Assembly: GCF_006345805.1 (NCBI RefSeq)
Contig: NW_021834856.1
Location: forward strand, 1 to 45,136
Length of the DNA stretch: 45,136 nucleotides
Source of the DNA: Octopus sinensis
Lineage: Eukaryota
Direction: 5' to 3'
Position 1 is the first letter of the stretch. The number at the start of each line of letters is the position of its first letter. The notes beneath the pieces were generated by a model, which was not told the DNA's origin, ran no database searches, and saw only the letters and a list, made by a program, of their open reading frames with translations. Positions 21,870-33,890 of the stretch are shown here, one piece after another. The position numbers and the translations under genes were made by a program.

Positions 21870-24800
21870 GACTTTGAGGGCAGCTCATGGAAAAAGCCTA
21901 TAAAACCATAGGTTCCCATACTTCTGGGGCAGGTGATTGTTCTCATTTCTTTTTCTCCAATTACAGATGGATGCTCAGGGCAGGCTCATTCACTTCCACC
22001 TTACCACTCTCATCCTCCTTTCAGCAAACTGGCTAGAAGGCAACACTTCCCTCTCTACTCTTATTTTCCTCTTGAAGAGAAACTTGAAGAAGTTGATCAG
22101 GGATTGACCAGAAAGAAAAGTGTTTATCTTCAGCCCCCTTAGTCTTGTCCACCATGGCACCAAGCATATAAAGACAGCCTGACCTTGCCAGTTAAAGGAA
22201 GGAAGCAGGACAATCATCACAAAGGATTCAGTTGACAGCCAGATGACAGCCTGACCATCAGGATGCATCTTTTCTACAAGAAGCATGACGGTCAAGTGGT
22301 AGTAGATGACAGATGTGATGTTCATGTTAGCCATCTCTGCCTAACCTTTCAGATAGCTTCCTCTCAGCCCATTTCTGGGTGAGAGTAGTCACCCTCCTCA
22401 TTACCTCATCCCAAGGTCTGGACCAAACTAGACTCCAAGCAATTTAATCAGTCTGTCTGTCTAGTGCCCAATGACACAGTTGGACAGGAGGGACTTGCTT
22501 CTCCAGGTGCCGAGGCATAAACCCACTGACTTTTCCTGGTTAATCTTTGCTCCTGGTCCACCTCATAGTCCCTGAGAGTGGTGCCGATCATTTTGATGTG
22601 TTTATTTTCTGACACCACTATGGTGATGTCATCAGCATATGCCAACACACATCTCTTACATCCTAGGTCATGCAGGATGCCCCTCAATGTCTCCATCTTG
22701 TGTAGTAGCGGCTCGAGAGTCAGTATATACAAGAGGGACAAGAGGGGGCAGCCATGGCAAACTGAGCACATGATGTTGAATGGTTCTGAGACGTGATCAT
22801 TCACTCAGACCACTGAACAGATGTCGCTGCGCATTGCAATGATCCAGCTCTGAATACAGGCCCAAAGCTGGTTGCCTCGAGGACCGCCACTAAGTATAGA
22901 GGGTTGACCCCATCGAAAGCTTTAGACTGATCTAAACTGATCAGGACCCCACCTGTGCCAGGTTTTTTTAGCCACTTTCACTATAATGTATTGGATCTTT
23001 CTGGGATGGTGCATGTCTGTGTCTCCCCTACCAGTTGCAGTAAATGTTTGCTAAGATATCACCAAACAAGTCTGGCATGTAAGTGTAAAGCTCGTAGGGA
23101 AGACTATCCAAACCAGGCGATTTACCATTAATTCCCATATTTCAAAGGCTGTTATTGGCCTTCTGCAGCACTCTACCTCTGATGCTGAGAGCCATGGCAG
23201 CCTGCTGTGGTGGAAAGTGAAGTCAATCCTGTGATCTGGCTCACCACTACCCTTGAATATTTGAGTGAAGTGCTGCTGAAAAGTCTCCCACATCTGCTTT
23301 GGTTGTTGTGAGCCAGTAAGGATTGGATCATAAATTTATTGTCATGCCGTGCCTTAGCTATTCAGGCCCATTGAATGGATTTTGTCTCTTCATTCTAAGA
23401 ACACGCACCTTAGCTCTGACGATACAATCTTCGTGTTTTGTGTTGAAGAATTGGTTGAGTGCCAATCTTGCTGTGAGCACATTGGTTGTAATGTCTTTTT
23501 TAAAAGCCTCATCTCGCTTCCTCACTAGCTTTGCCTCTACTCCATTTCTTTCTACTGCTAGTCTTTTGCTAAACCTTATTGATTCCATTCTCATCATCCT
23601 TTCCAAGGTGAACCACCATTTATTGTTGATGATTGCCCCCATCAACACCCACTTATCTAGTTCACTAATCTGGTCTCTGAAATCTTTGTGTGCCAGCAAT
23701 GATGTGTTCAGCTCCAGTAACTGGGCTCCTGTCCATGAAGCCTATCTAAGTTAACTGTACAGATCATCAATTTGTGGTCTGTGTCTACTTTGAATTATGG
23801 ACAACCTATGCTATCTTTATCTGCTGCTCTTCAGAATACTCTATCTAGATACAATCTGGATAACCTGATGTGGTTTGACCAGGTCCACACTGGCATATCA
23901 GGGAAATCCAGCCGATACCTGACAGACAGTTGGAATCATCTGAGCAGGTTTGTGAGGCTTTTGCACCCGCTTCTTCTGTCTACTAAAGCCACGCAGTCCC
24001 ACTGTACATCTAAGACATCATTCCAATCTCCCACTAACACTAAAGAGCAGGACATTCCCAGAAAAGTTTACAAATACCTAAAGAAATCTGGTTGCCCTGC
24101 CCCTGTTGAGGCATAGATGGCAACTGGCTTGAAAGCGAGTCCTTCGCTGCCAGTCATGTCCAGCACCACCAACTTACTTTCCGGATCCAAGAAAATTGTC
24201 CATATTGCAAGATCCACTTCTTTACAAACCATCACAGTGACTCTACCTCCTGCTCCTGGACAACTTGCAGATGTGTACACCACACAGTTACTGAAAATGG
24301 GTTAGATGTCCTGTGAGTCACTAATTCTGGTTTTACTAATAGTCACTACATCGACATTCAGTGCTCTGAAGTTGTTGAACAGGTGACCTCACTTCCAGTG
24401 TAATTGCAGGCCATGTGCCTATTTTGTGCTCAACCATGTTGTTGGAAAAAGAAAAGGTTTTGTTTGGAGGAGCAGTTTGTCCATTCCTCCTGTTGAATTG
24501 GGGTGTTTCCATTAGTAAATCACCAAGTACTCTCTTGGTGATGTTCCCTTGAAAATCCCCGATTTCCTGTGGGAATTTGGTTTTTAGGCATGTATGTGTT
24601 TTGTGTTGTTTGAACGATTTGTAAGTGTGTAGGTAGTGAGATTGTGGGTGCAACAAAATCTGTCTTTGCTATACTGGTGCTTGTTTTTATGTAATTCATA
24701 AAATCTTTGTTTTTTGTGCATGGATTTTGCCATGTAGTTTGTAATGCTAATTTCTTTACTTTGTATTTGCTGCTGTTGTTGTTATTGTGGAATGGGTTGT

Positions 24801-26100
24801 GCTTGTGATGTTGCTGGTTGAGGTACTATTTCAGGTGTTTGTGGTAGTGGTGATGATGTGTCTGTTTTGGATGTATTTAGCTTTCTAACTTATTTTTTTC
24901 CTCTCCACTGTTTGTGTGGATGAGGATTCTTTTTTGTCTGTGGAATTGTTTTTCTTCTTATCTTGTCTTCATCTTTTGGTTTTAGTTTTCCACTCTTTGT
25001 CCCGATCAAACTCTCCACATGTGATGTCAGCCTGCTTGGTATCTAGAAGTGGAATATTTTCTGGAGCTGAGAAGTCTCTGGAGGAATTTGGTATTGCTAT
25101 AGTAGGTATTGGTGCTGCCTTGGTTGATGTTGCTGTTGTTTGAGCTTTGGTGGCTGTTGCTGGTGTTAGGAGGAAAGGTGCCCTCTTTTCTTTTTCATGC
25201 AATTTAGGGCAGAAAGCTTTTAGGTGAGTGGTTGAGAGGCAAATGTGACACTTTGCTTTCCTTCCATCCACTCTGACTGGAATGATAATGCCTCCAGGAA
25301 GATGAATCTGGTCTGGGATGGCATCCACATTCTTTTGACTGATTTGTATGAGGACCTCCATTGTCATCCCTGAGCAGTACTCCATTTTGGACTGATAGAG
25401 TTTTTCTCAATACCTATTGTGACCAACGCAATTAGCCAAAGAAGGGCTATTTCTGGTGGCACCAACTGTATAATTATCTTTGCCAATCTCTGGCCACAGC
25501 AAAAGAGATCTGACAACAGCTTCTCGCTTTTGAGGGGTTTGAGACAGTGAGATTTAGCTTCCACCTCAGTATGGGATCTCACCTCCACCATCCTGTAGTC
25601 CCTTCCTCTTAGAATGTATTCTTTTAGGTTCCAAATGGAAACTAAAGTTTTTTGGATTTGAGCCCAAGTGGTTCTTTCCACCCTCCTTGATTTTAATCAA
25701 ATTGTACAGTATGTCACTGTGTGACATCATATTTTGGATAGTATCAATGGGTATGTTTAGCATGACAGCCAGCCCATCTCACTTGACTAGCTGTTTGGAA
25801 TCTCTGAATTCCTCTTCAGAGAATTTTATTCTTTGAAGAGAGGACTTAGTGGCACCAGCAAAAGAAAGTCTAGTGCTATTCCAAGCCATTGCACCAGCTT
25901 GCTGCTCAGTTCCTTTGTTGTTATTGTTGCTGTTTTGTTCATGTATTGACACCGTCTGTTGATTCACACACGAAAGAGCCTTCATTGTTTACATTTTCGT
26001 AGGTGTCATCTCACTCTCCCTCTGTCTGTTGTGCTTGCAAAATAAAGTTGTTGTTGTTTAAAAGATCCTTTCAGAGATCTTTCTCAAAAAAATTGGCTCT
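21870..26100 (-). mobile_element. L1/Tx1-like LINE relic (ORF1 with zinc knuckle, ORF2 APE-RT)
   Basis: ORF1 remnant with CHICLSTTHLKAFC (CX2CX4HX4C); APE remnant (AIYAS); RT remnants GCPLLSLLYILTLEPL and AYADDITI; fragmented by stops. Confidence 0.82.
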
Positions 26101-26514
26101 GTTGTAATTTTTTTGCCTGTTATTGCCATATGTTTTTTGAGATAGTGCATTGCGCTCACACCCTCTCTTATTGTCATCTGGTGATGCTCCTCACTCTCTC
26201 TCACTCTCACATATGAGCATCACTGCATTCAGTGTAGTTTCCTCCATGTAGACAGGGAAAATGCAAAGAATTTTTAACAGAAAATTAATTCAATTGACCA
26301 GTCCCACCAAACTGGGGTACAAAACAGGAAAAGAGACTCACCAATCAACAGCAATCAACTTGCTGCCCATGATGGTACCAATTTCAAGGTTGTAAATACA
26401 TGTATTATGTGCTCTTCCTTACAAAATCCTCAGAACAAAGTCAAGCATGGCTTGCCAAACTGGCAGCAGCAGTGGTGATGACAGCAGCAGCAACAGCAAT
26501 AACAACAACATTAT

Positions 26515-26710
26515 TTAATAATAATGGTTTCAAATTTTGCCACAAGGGCAGCAATTTTGGGGGAGGGGATGAGTTGATTACTTTAACTCTAATGTTTCAC
26601 TGGTACTTAATTTATCGACCTTGAAAGGATGACAGGCAAAGTCGACTTCGGCGGAATTTGAACACAGACTGTAGCGACTGACTAAATACTACTAAGCATT
26701 GGCGTGCTAG
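26515..26710 (-). mobile_element. tRNA-headed SINE, same family as 9240-9470
   Basis: CTGGTACTTAATTTATCGACC..GAAAGGATGACAGGCAAAGTCGAC.TCGGCGGAATTTGAAC. Confidence 0.8.
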
Positions 26711-26825
26711 ACTGGTACTTTCTTTTATTGATTTAAAAAGGACGAAGTAAAAGTTGACATCATGCAAAATGAAATACTGTTAGATATTTTGTTTGTTGAT
26801 TTACCACTACTGGCATTTAGCATCC

Positions 26826-26975
26826 CTAATGATTTCTAACATTAGCACAAGGCTAGACATTTTCAGTATAATCAAATCAATTCCACTACTTCACTGGTAA
26901 TTATTTTATTGATCCTGTAATGCAGAAAGGTAAAGTTAACCTGGTAGGTTAACTCTCTGAACATAAAAAGGATGT
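26826..26975 (-). mobile_element. Older decayed copy of the same SINE family
   Basis: GCACAAGG..CACTGGTAATTATTTTATTGATCC...GAAAGGTAAAGTTAACC. Confidence 0.45.
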
Positions 26976-27220
26976 AACTAAATATTGGCATTCTGCTGAT
27001 TTTGTTGTATCAAAACAAACATTACAAAATGCCAATATAAAATTAATGCAAAAACAGAAATGGGGTTACAAAGGAAAATACAGCCAGTTTTTTCTAGAAG
27101 GATACAGTTGAGTGAATCTCCCAGTTCATTTTGAAACAAAGTTAAGTGAGATTTATCTCAAAAAATGTTTAATGTTGATCTATGTAAGTTCTAGTTTACT
27201 ACTTTCTTGGTCAATTTCCA

Positions 27221-27832
27221 TTGCCCAAATGATAATGATTCATTTTGAATAGAAATAAAGCCTGTTTGTAAGGGCTGGGAGCATGATTAATTGAATCACT
27301 TCCCACCAGTATTTATGTGCCAGCTCCTGATCCATTGCCTTCATTTCCAACAAGTCAATATGATAGAAACATCTGTAAACAACCCTCTTCTAATGCACTT
27401 TTAGTCCAGTATGGCTTCCATAAAGCTAGTTCTATCAGAGATTTGCTTTTCTACATCATGTAAGAGAGGTCCCAGTATTGTGATTCTTTGTTTTAAGTCT
27501 TCTACTGCATTTTACACAACAGTCGTTCAGAAATATTACCTATTTATGGTTCTATCCATGTCTCATCTGCTGACTCTTTCTGTTAGATTGCTCTATTGCA
27601 GTATACTCTTTCTATCAACTTTGGTAAATTCCAAAGTTCTATTACAACTTTTGTACATTAATAAACTTTGTGCCGTCACTTCTAACTAAACACATTGACT
27701 TGTTGGAAATGAAGGCAATGGATCAGGAGCTGGCACATAAATACTGGTGGGAAGTGATTCAATTAATCATGCTCCCAGCCCTTACAAACAGGCTTTATTT
27801 CTATTCAAAATGAATCATTATCATTTGGGCAA
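27221..27832. repeat. Perfect 139-bp inverted repeat with a 334-bp spacer
   Basis: 27221-27359 is the exact reverse complement of 27694-27832 (checked by eye over the whole length). Confidence 0.93.
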
Positions 27833-28204
27833 ATTATGCCACCTTTTCTTTCTTTTTAACCATCCATACACAACCAAGATATCTCATAATAGACTTGCAC
27901 CAACAGTTTTCAGAATCACCAACTCAGGAATTACTACATGTATCATGGAAACTGTTTTGTACAATACCTTTCACATTTCTGAATAACAGAGCTTAACTCT
28001 TCTCAAACATGCTAGCTAATCCTTGATGAACTTTCATAGTACCCACTTATTTGTAATATTGCCAAAACTGCATCCTAATTCATTAATGTTAAGGTTATCT
28101 ACAGATATTCTATAGAAATTATAGTCAGCACTGACTTTTGTTATGGCATTTCATATCCAAGACGTCAGATGCAAACAAATGAGATTGAAAAATGGGTAAT
28201 GGGT

Positions 28205-28493
28205 GTATGTGCACCCATCTAACCTATTAATCATCTACAAATATATTGCTTAAATAACCACTAAATACAGTGGTGTGACGTTATTAAATATACCAATTTT
28301 ACATATTAAACACATTCTAGGAAGCTGGTACATAAATATTAATGACTTGTAGGGACATGGTATTTCGTTATGCAACCATAATATGCTATAAAGCATATTA
28401 AACATTTTTAAAGTCAATACCATGTTTAATATACAAAATTGGTTTATCCAATAATACAGTGTATTTTTGGATGATTAATGGGTTAGATGGGAG
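28205..28493. mobile_element. Putative MITE (~290 bp) with ~35-bp imperfect TIRs
   Basis: CCCATCTAACCTATTAATCATCTACAAATATATTG (~28207) vs CAGTGTATTTTTGGATGATTAATGGGTTAGATGGG (~28457-28491); no clear TSD. Confidence 0.55.
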
Positions 28494-28599
28494 CTGATGA
28501 AGGAGCAAAAACTCATGAAATATGGCATAGACTAACTCTTATGACATCAAACACTCATTGAAACCTTCTTTTCAGATGTTGAATAATATCCCCCTTCTC

Positions 28600-31500
28600 A
28601 TGTCCCTTTCCAAGTTTTCAGAGTCGGCACAGTCAATTTAAGCATATTGAAAGGCAGGTCTGGCAAGATTGTTGAGATACTTGAACAAAGGCGTGTTGAT
28701 TCATGTTGCATTCAGAAGGTAAGGCGGAAGGGAGCTTCAGTCAGGTTCCTCACAGGCAAGACACATAGATATAAACTATTCTGGGAAGGTAACAGTGATG
28801 GGGTAGGTGGTGTGGGCACCTTGCAAAGAAATGGGTTGATAAGGTCATAGAAGTAGCCAGGGTGTGTGATAGAGTACTTAAGCTAAGGCTAGTTTTGCTG
28901 AATAGTACAATGACAATTATCACTGCTTTTGCCCCACACATAGATCTACCAAATGAACAAAAGGACTGCTTTTATGATATCCTTCTGCAGGCTACCTCAA
29001 AGACAAATGACAATGAATTCATCTTCGTGGCTGTGATTTCAATGGACATGTCGAGCAGCAGCCAGATATCTTCCACATATCTTTCATGGGGGCCATGAAA
29101 TTGGTCCTCGAAAGGAAGAGGGAACAAGGGTACTGGAGTTCTGTGGTGTGAATAACCTATTGATTTGCAACACCAACTTCAGAGAGCCAGACATCCACCT
29201 GATAGCCTATCAATTGGGTGACCACGGTAGCTAGATTGATTACATTCTGACCAGACAGCAACATATGTAGCTGCTCTTAAATGCAAAGTCCTTCCCTGGT
29301 GAAGAATGTACTCCTCACCATAGACTAGTCATTAGTAACTTTAGACTTCAGGCCAGAAGAACACCAAGAAGAATGCCAAGAAGAATGCCAACAGACAATT
29401 CCCACATGGCCTCAGACTCAACACAGAGGCCTACATCAAGTACATGGATGAGGTTGTACTGCCCTGGGTCAAGAGGGTGGCTGCTAGAACACTCTATGTC
29501 CGGCAACAGGACTCGGCACCATACTACACAATTGTGCTGTTATCTGTTGGCCAACTGTCTGTTGACAAATTGTCCAACTACCAAGAAGACTGATCTGGAA
29601 AAGAAGGATCTGGAAGCTTAAGGATCCTCAATATAATCAGAGATTTAGGAACACCCTAATTGAGAAATTTGATGAGGAAGAGGAACTACAGACTTGTAAC
29701 ATAGAAGGTAACTGGGAATTCCTCTGGGGCAGCTTGCTGAGTGCCACAGACCAAGTTTGTGGCTGATGCAAAGTCCCATCCAGACTGAGGGTGATATGAT
29801 GGTGGAATGATACTGTAAACAAGGCCATTAGAGCAAAGAAACTGGACTGGAAGGACTGAAAGTGTGGGGGTAGCTGGGAACTGTATCAGATAGCCAGAAA
29901 GGAAGCTAGAAGGCAGGTATATTTAGCCAGGGAAGTAGCAGAAAAGATGTTTGCCAATATTCTACAATGTGAGGACCAGAGACTTGAAGTGTTTCAGATT
30001 GTAAGATAGTGTAGGAGAGAAAATTGTGATGTCATAGGAGAGAAATGTTTCCACATGGATGATGGTTCACATGCATTTAATGATTCCACAAAGAAAGAGG
30101 CTTGGAAATGCCATTATGAAAGGCTGTTAAATGTGGAGAATGAATGGGACAAGGAGAGTCAGCTAAACGTTGACCCGACTGAGGGACTAGCTATCTGAAT
30201 TGACAGTAACTTCATACATAAAGCAATTAAGGATATGAAGATAAGGAAAACCTTTGGCCCATCAGGAATAACCACTGAGATGCTTAAAATGTCTGGTGGA
30301 GTAGGATATAGCCTGGTCACCCATATAGTTAATCAGGTTGTCCATGAGGGACTCATACCCAATGATTGGTGTGGCAGCACTATAATCAACTACTACAAAG
30401 GCAAAGGAGATGGCTTAGACAGAAATAATTACAGAGGCATCAAGTTGCTGGACAAGTTGATGAAAGTTACAGAAAGGGTCATAGCTCAATTAATTAGGGA
30501 GAGAGTTAGTGTAGATGAGATGCAGTTTGGATCTGTGCAAGGCAAGAGCACAACTGATACTATATACCTGGTTAGGCAACTACAGGAGAAATATCTAGTC
30601 AAAAATAAACCCCTGTACCTAGCTTTTGTCAACATGGAGAAAGCCTTTGTTTGTTCCCTTATCTGGTGGTCAATGCAGAAGCTAAGGACAGATGAGTGGT
30701 TAGTGAGAGCAGCACAAGCCATGTATAGAGATGCTGCCAGCAAGGTGAAGATTAGCAATGAATTCAGGATACAAGTAGGGGTTCAGCCCCCTCTTGTTCA
30801 TCATAGTCCTCCAGGCAATAACAGAGGAATTTAAACAGGCTGCCCCTGGGAGCTTCTTTATGCTGATCACCTTGCTCATATAGCTGAATCACTACTGAGA
30901 CTAGAGAAGAAATTTTGGGTGCGGAAGCAAGGTCTAGAATCGAAGGGCCTTAGAGTTAATCTAGCAAAAACTAAAGCCTAAGTAAGTAGGAAAGCAGACA
31001 AATCACAAATCTCTTCAGGTAGATGGCCCTGCTCGATCTGTAGAAAAGGTGTAGGTAGAAACTCCATAAAATGTACCTGGTGTAAGCTATGGACATATAA
31101 GAGGTGTGGCAATATCAGAGGAAGGTCAACAAGGAAACTAGTGCACAGGTACAATTAACACTAAAAATGTACAGAAAATAGACTCGATCAAATGCTAGTG
31201 GGGAAAGCGAGAGGTAGTTGATAGCTACTGTTATCTAGGTTACCAAGTCAGCAGCAGATGCACCAAGAGCATAGCGGCAAGAATAAAAATAGGTTGGGCA
31301 AAGTTCAGAGAGCTCCTACCTCTGTTGGTAACAAAAGGCCTCTCCTTCAGAGTGAAAGGCAGATTGTATGATGCCTGTGTGCAAACAGCTATGCTACATG
31401 GCAGTGAAACATGGGCTGTAACCATCAAAGAAATGAAGCTAGTACGCTTCACTGGATGTGCAATGTCAGTGTGCATGTACAACAGAATGCAAATGCCTTG

Positions 31501-32250
31501 AGAGAAAAGCTGGGCATAAGAGGCATCAGAGATGCCTCTTATGCAAGAGAGATGACTGCACTGGTATGGTCATGTGATGCATATGAATGCGGACAGCTGT
31601 TTGAAGAAGTGTCAATCTCTAATAGTGGAGTGAAACTATGGAAGTGGTAGACCCAGGAAGACATGGGATGAGGTAGTGAAGCATAGTCTTTGGACTTCAG
31701 ACTTTGCGGAGACAATGACTAGTGACTGAGACCTTTGGCTATACACCATGCTTGAGAAGGTCCATCAAGCCAAGTGGAATCACAATTGTGGCTCCTGTTG
31801 GTGTCAAATAACTGGCAGCTGTGCCGGTGACATGTAAAAAGCACCCTTTGAGTGTTGGACCTCATGGAGGTAATGTGGCTGATACCAGTGTCACATAACT
31901 AACACCTGTGCCAGTGGTATGTAAAAAGCACCTCTCAGGCGTTGGGCCTCATGAGGGCAATGACAAATGTCCAAGACCTTTTGGAAATATGCAGTGCTTG
32001 AGAAGATGACCCATCAAGCCAAATGAAATTGTAGTTGTGGCAGATACTGATGTCACACAACTGGTACCCATACCAGTGGCACACAAAAGCACCCATTACA
32101 CTCTAGGAGTGGTTAGCATTAGGAAGGATATTCAACCATAGGAACCATACCAAATGAGACTGGAGTCTGGTACAGCCCCTCAGTTTACCAGCCCTGGTCA
32201 TACCATCCAACCCATGCCAGCATGGACAACATACTTTAAATGATGATGGT
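28600..32250 (+). mobile_element. RTE-clade LINE, copy C (full span, heavily decayed)
   Basis: APE start MKGRSGKIVEILEQRRVD; RT ORF 30235..30834; PHD remnant from 31031; 3' UTR and decayed GAT tail ending ~32250. Confidence 0.9.
29399..29530 (+). mobile_element. Short Tc1/mariner-superfamily (possibly maT/DD37D-like) transposase fragment inserted in RTE copy C
   Basis: Translates without stops as FPHGLRLNTEAYIKYMDEVVLPWVKRVAARTLYVRQQDSAPYYT; QQDSAP is the second catalytic Asp motif. Confidence 0.7.
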
Positions 32251-32276
32251 AATCTCATTGTTTGCTTACATCTGAC

Positions 32277-32760
32277 ATCATCATCATCATCATCATCGTT
32301 TAACGTCCGTTCTCCATGCTAGCATGGGTTGGACGGTTCGACCGGGGATCTGGGAAGCCAGAAGGCTGCACCAGGTTCCAGTCTTATCTGGCAATGTTTC
32401 TACAGCTAGATGCCCTTCCTAACGCCAACCACTCCGTGAGTGTAGTGGGTGCTTTTTACGTGCCACCTGCACAGGTGCCAGGCAAGGCTGGCAACGGCCA
32501 CGGTCGGATTGGTGTATTTTACGTGCCACCGGCATGGAAGCCAGTCGAGGCGGCACTGGCATCGGCCACGAGTCGGATAGTGCTTTTTACGTACCACCAG
32601 ACCAGGGATCCTGGCTGGTTCAATTCAATTTCGATTTCGCTTGCCCCAACATGTCTTTGCAAGCAAAGGGGGTTGGCATGGGTGCCTGTCGTCGGATGAG
32701 GTTCTATATCGACTTCGCTTGCCTCAACAGGTCTTTGTGTCCAAGAGAGGAAAGGCATGC
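32277..32760 (-). mobile_element. RTE 3' UTR/tail fragment, tail-to-tail with copy C
   Basis: (CAT)n-CGTTTAACGTCC... start; minisatellite units; GACCTGTTGAGGCAAG motif on the minus strand. Confidence 0.88.
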
Positions 32761-32924
32761 AAAACATCATAACAAAAATCAGTGCTGGCTATAATTTCTA
32801 TAGAATATCTGTAGAGATAACCTTAACAAGTGATGTAAAAAGCACTGTTAACACAGTTGAACACGGTATTGACTTATAAAATCGTTTAATATACTTTATA
32901 GTAAATTATAGTTGTTGGCAATAT

Positions 32925-33193
32925 ACTGTGCTTGCAAAAACCTGTCAATCCAAGTGAATTCATAGTTGTGACTGATGCTGTTATCACATCAATGATACCC
33001 ATGCCAGTGGCACATAGAAAGCACCCACTACACACTTGGAGTGGTTGGCATTAGGAAGGGCATCCAGCTGCAGAAACCATGCCAAATCAAATTGGAACCT
33101 TGTGCAGCTACCTGGTTTACCAGTTTTCAATCAAACTGTTCAATCCATGCCAGCATGGAAAGCAGATGTTAAATGATGATGATGATGATGACT
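32925..33193 (+). mobile_element. RTE 3' tail fragment
   Basis: GCACCCACTACAC..GGAGTGGTTGGCATTAGGAAGGGCATCCAGC...GATGTTAAATGATGATGATG. Confidence 0.85.
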
Positions 33194-33790
33194 GCATAAT
33201 GAAATACCATGTCCCTACAAGTCATTAATACGCATCCTAATTGTTAGGCTTTCATATACTTCAGCAATGATGAACTACTAAGTACAAGTCTTATCCACAA
33301 TAGAGTACAGATCATATTTTATGGGATGATCCTGTATATACACACAAACATTCTTGATTGGTAAAGATTCATTCATGAAAATGTGACTAACACTACCTCT
33401 GAGTTCTGCTGCCACTTCTATCACTAACAGTTTCTGTTCATAAGCAGCATAACACTAGTAGCTAGGCCCAACTAACCATCACACTTCTCTTCCAAATCCT
33501 TACTTAGCCTTTTACTCAAACCTGACACTAAACACACTGCATAATCACCTCTATCTACTAGCAGTAACCTATGTAAGTTCAAAATGAACACCAATTGCAC
33601 TGATCTCGCCTCTTTTTTTAACTAAATCATAATAATAGTTTTTATGACATGGTTAGCTTTATTGAGTTGGGCTTCATGAATTCATCAATATATATTCTAT
33701 TCACAAGGAATGATTCAACTACATAAGTATGTAAATGTGTATGTAGATGATGTAATAAGATTTACATATCAATATAAGAAATAATCTTAC

Positions 33791-33890
33791 CTGTGAAATC
33801 AGAACAGTGTCTACATACAATTATTTGAATATCTGGTTTATTTTGACTAAGGAATGGCAACCAATGCTTCACTGTTTTAAAACTTTCTTC
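33791..33890 (-). CDS. AAGAB: AAGAB internal exon (100 nt; equivalent to vertebrate exon 3), EESFKTVKHWLPFLSQNKPDIQIIVCRHCSDFT
   Basis: Minus strand TATTTTACAG|GAAGAA ... TTCACAG|GTAAG; open frame; WLP and IIVC motifs match AAGAB; ends in phase 1, matching the next exon. Confidence 0.88.

Larger units (their letters stand above)
4826..33890 (-). other. AAGAB: Partial host gene span: AAGAB-like (alpha/gamma-adaptin-binding protein p34); three internal exons in this window, 5' and 3' exons not found here
   Basis: Three AG/GT-bounded minus-strand exons join in frame (phase 0-1, 1-1, 1-1) to give EESFKTVKHWLPFLSQNKPDIQIIVCRHCSDFT-AVPRMTVLKWCVENAMELVELKPDLNEEE-DFQESYGISRIIQALHAHTWPNLVMK. This is collinear with the human AAGAB segment I recall (..SWLPL..[53 protein letters not shown]). 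Confidence 0.9.
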
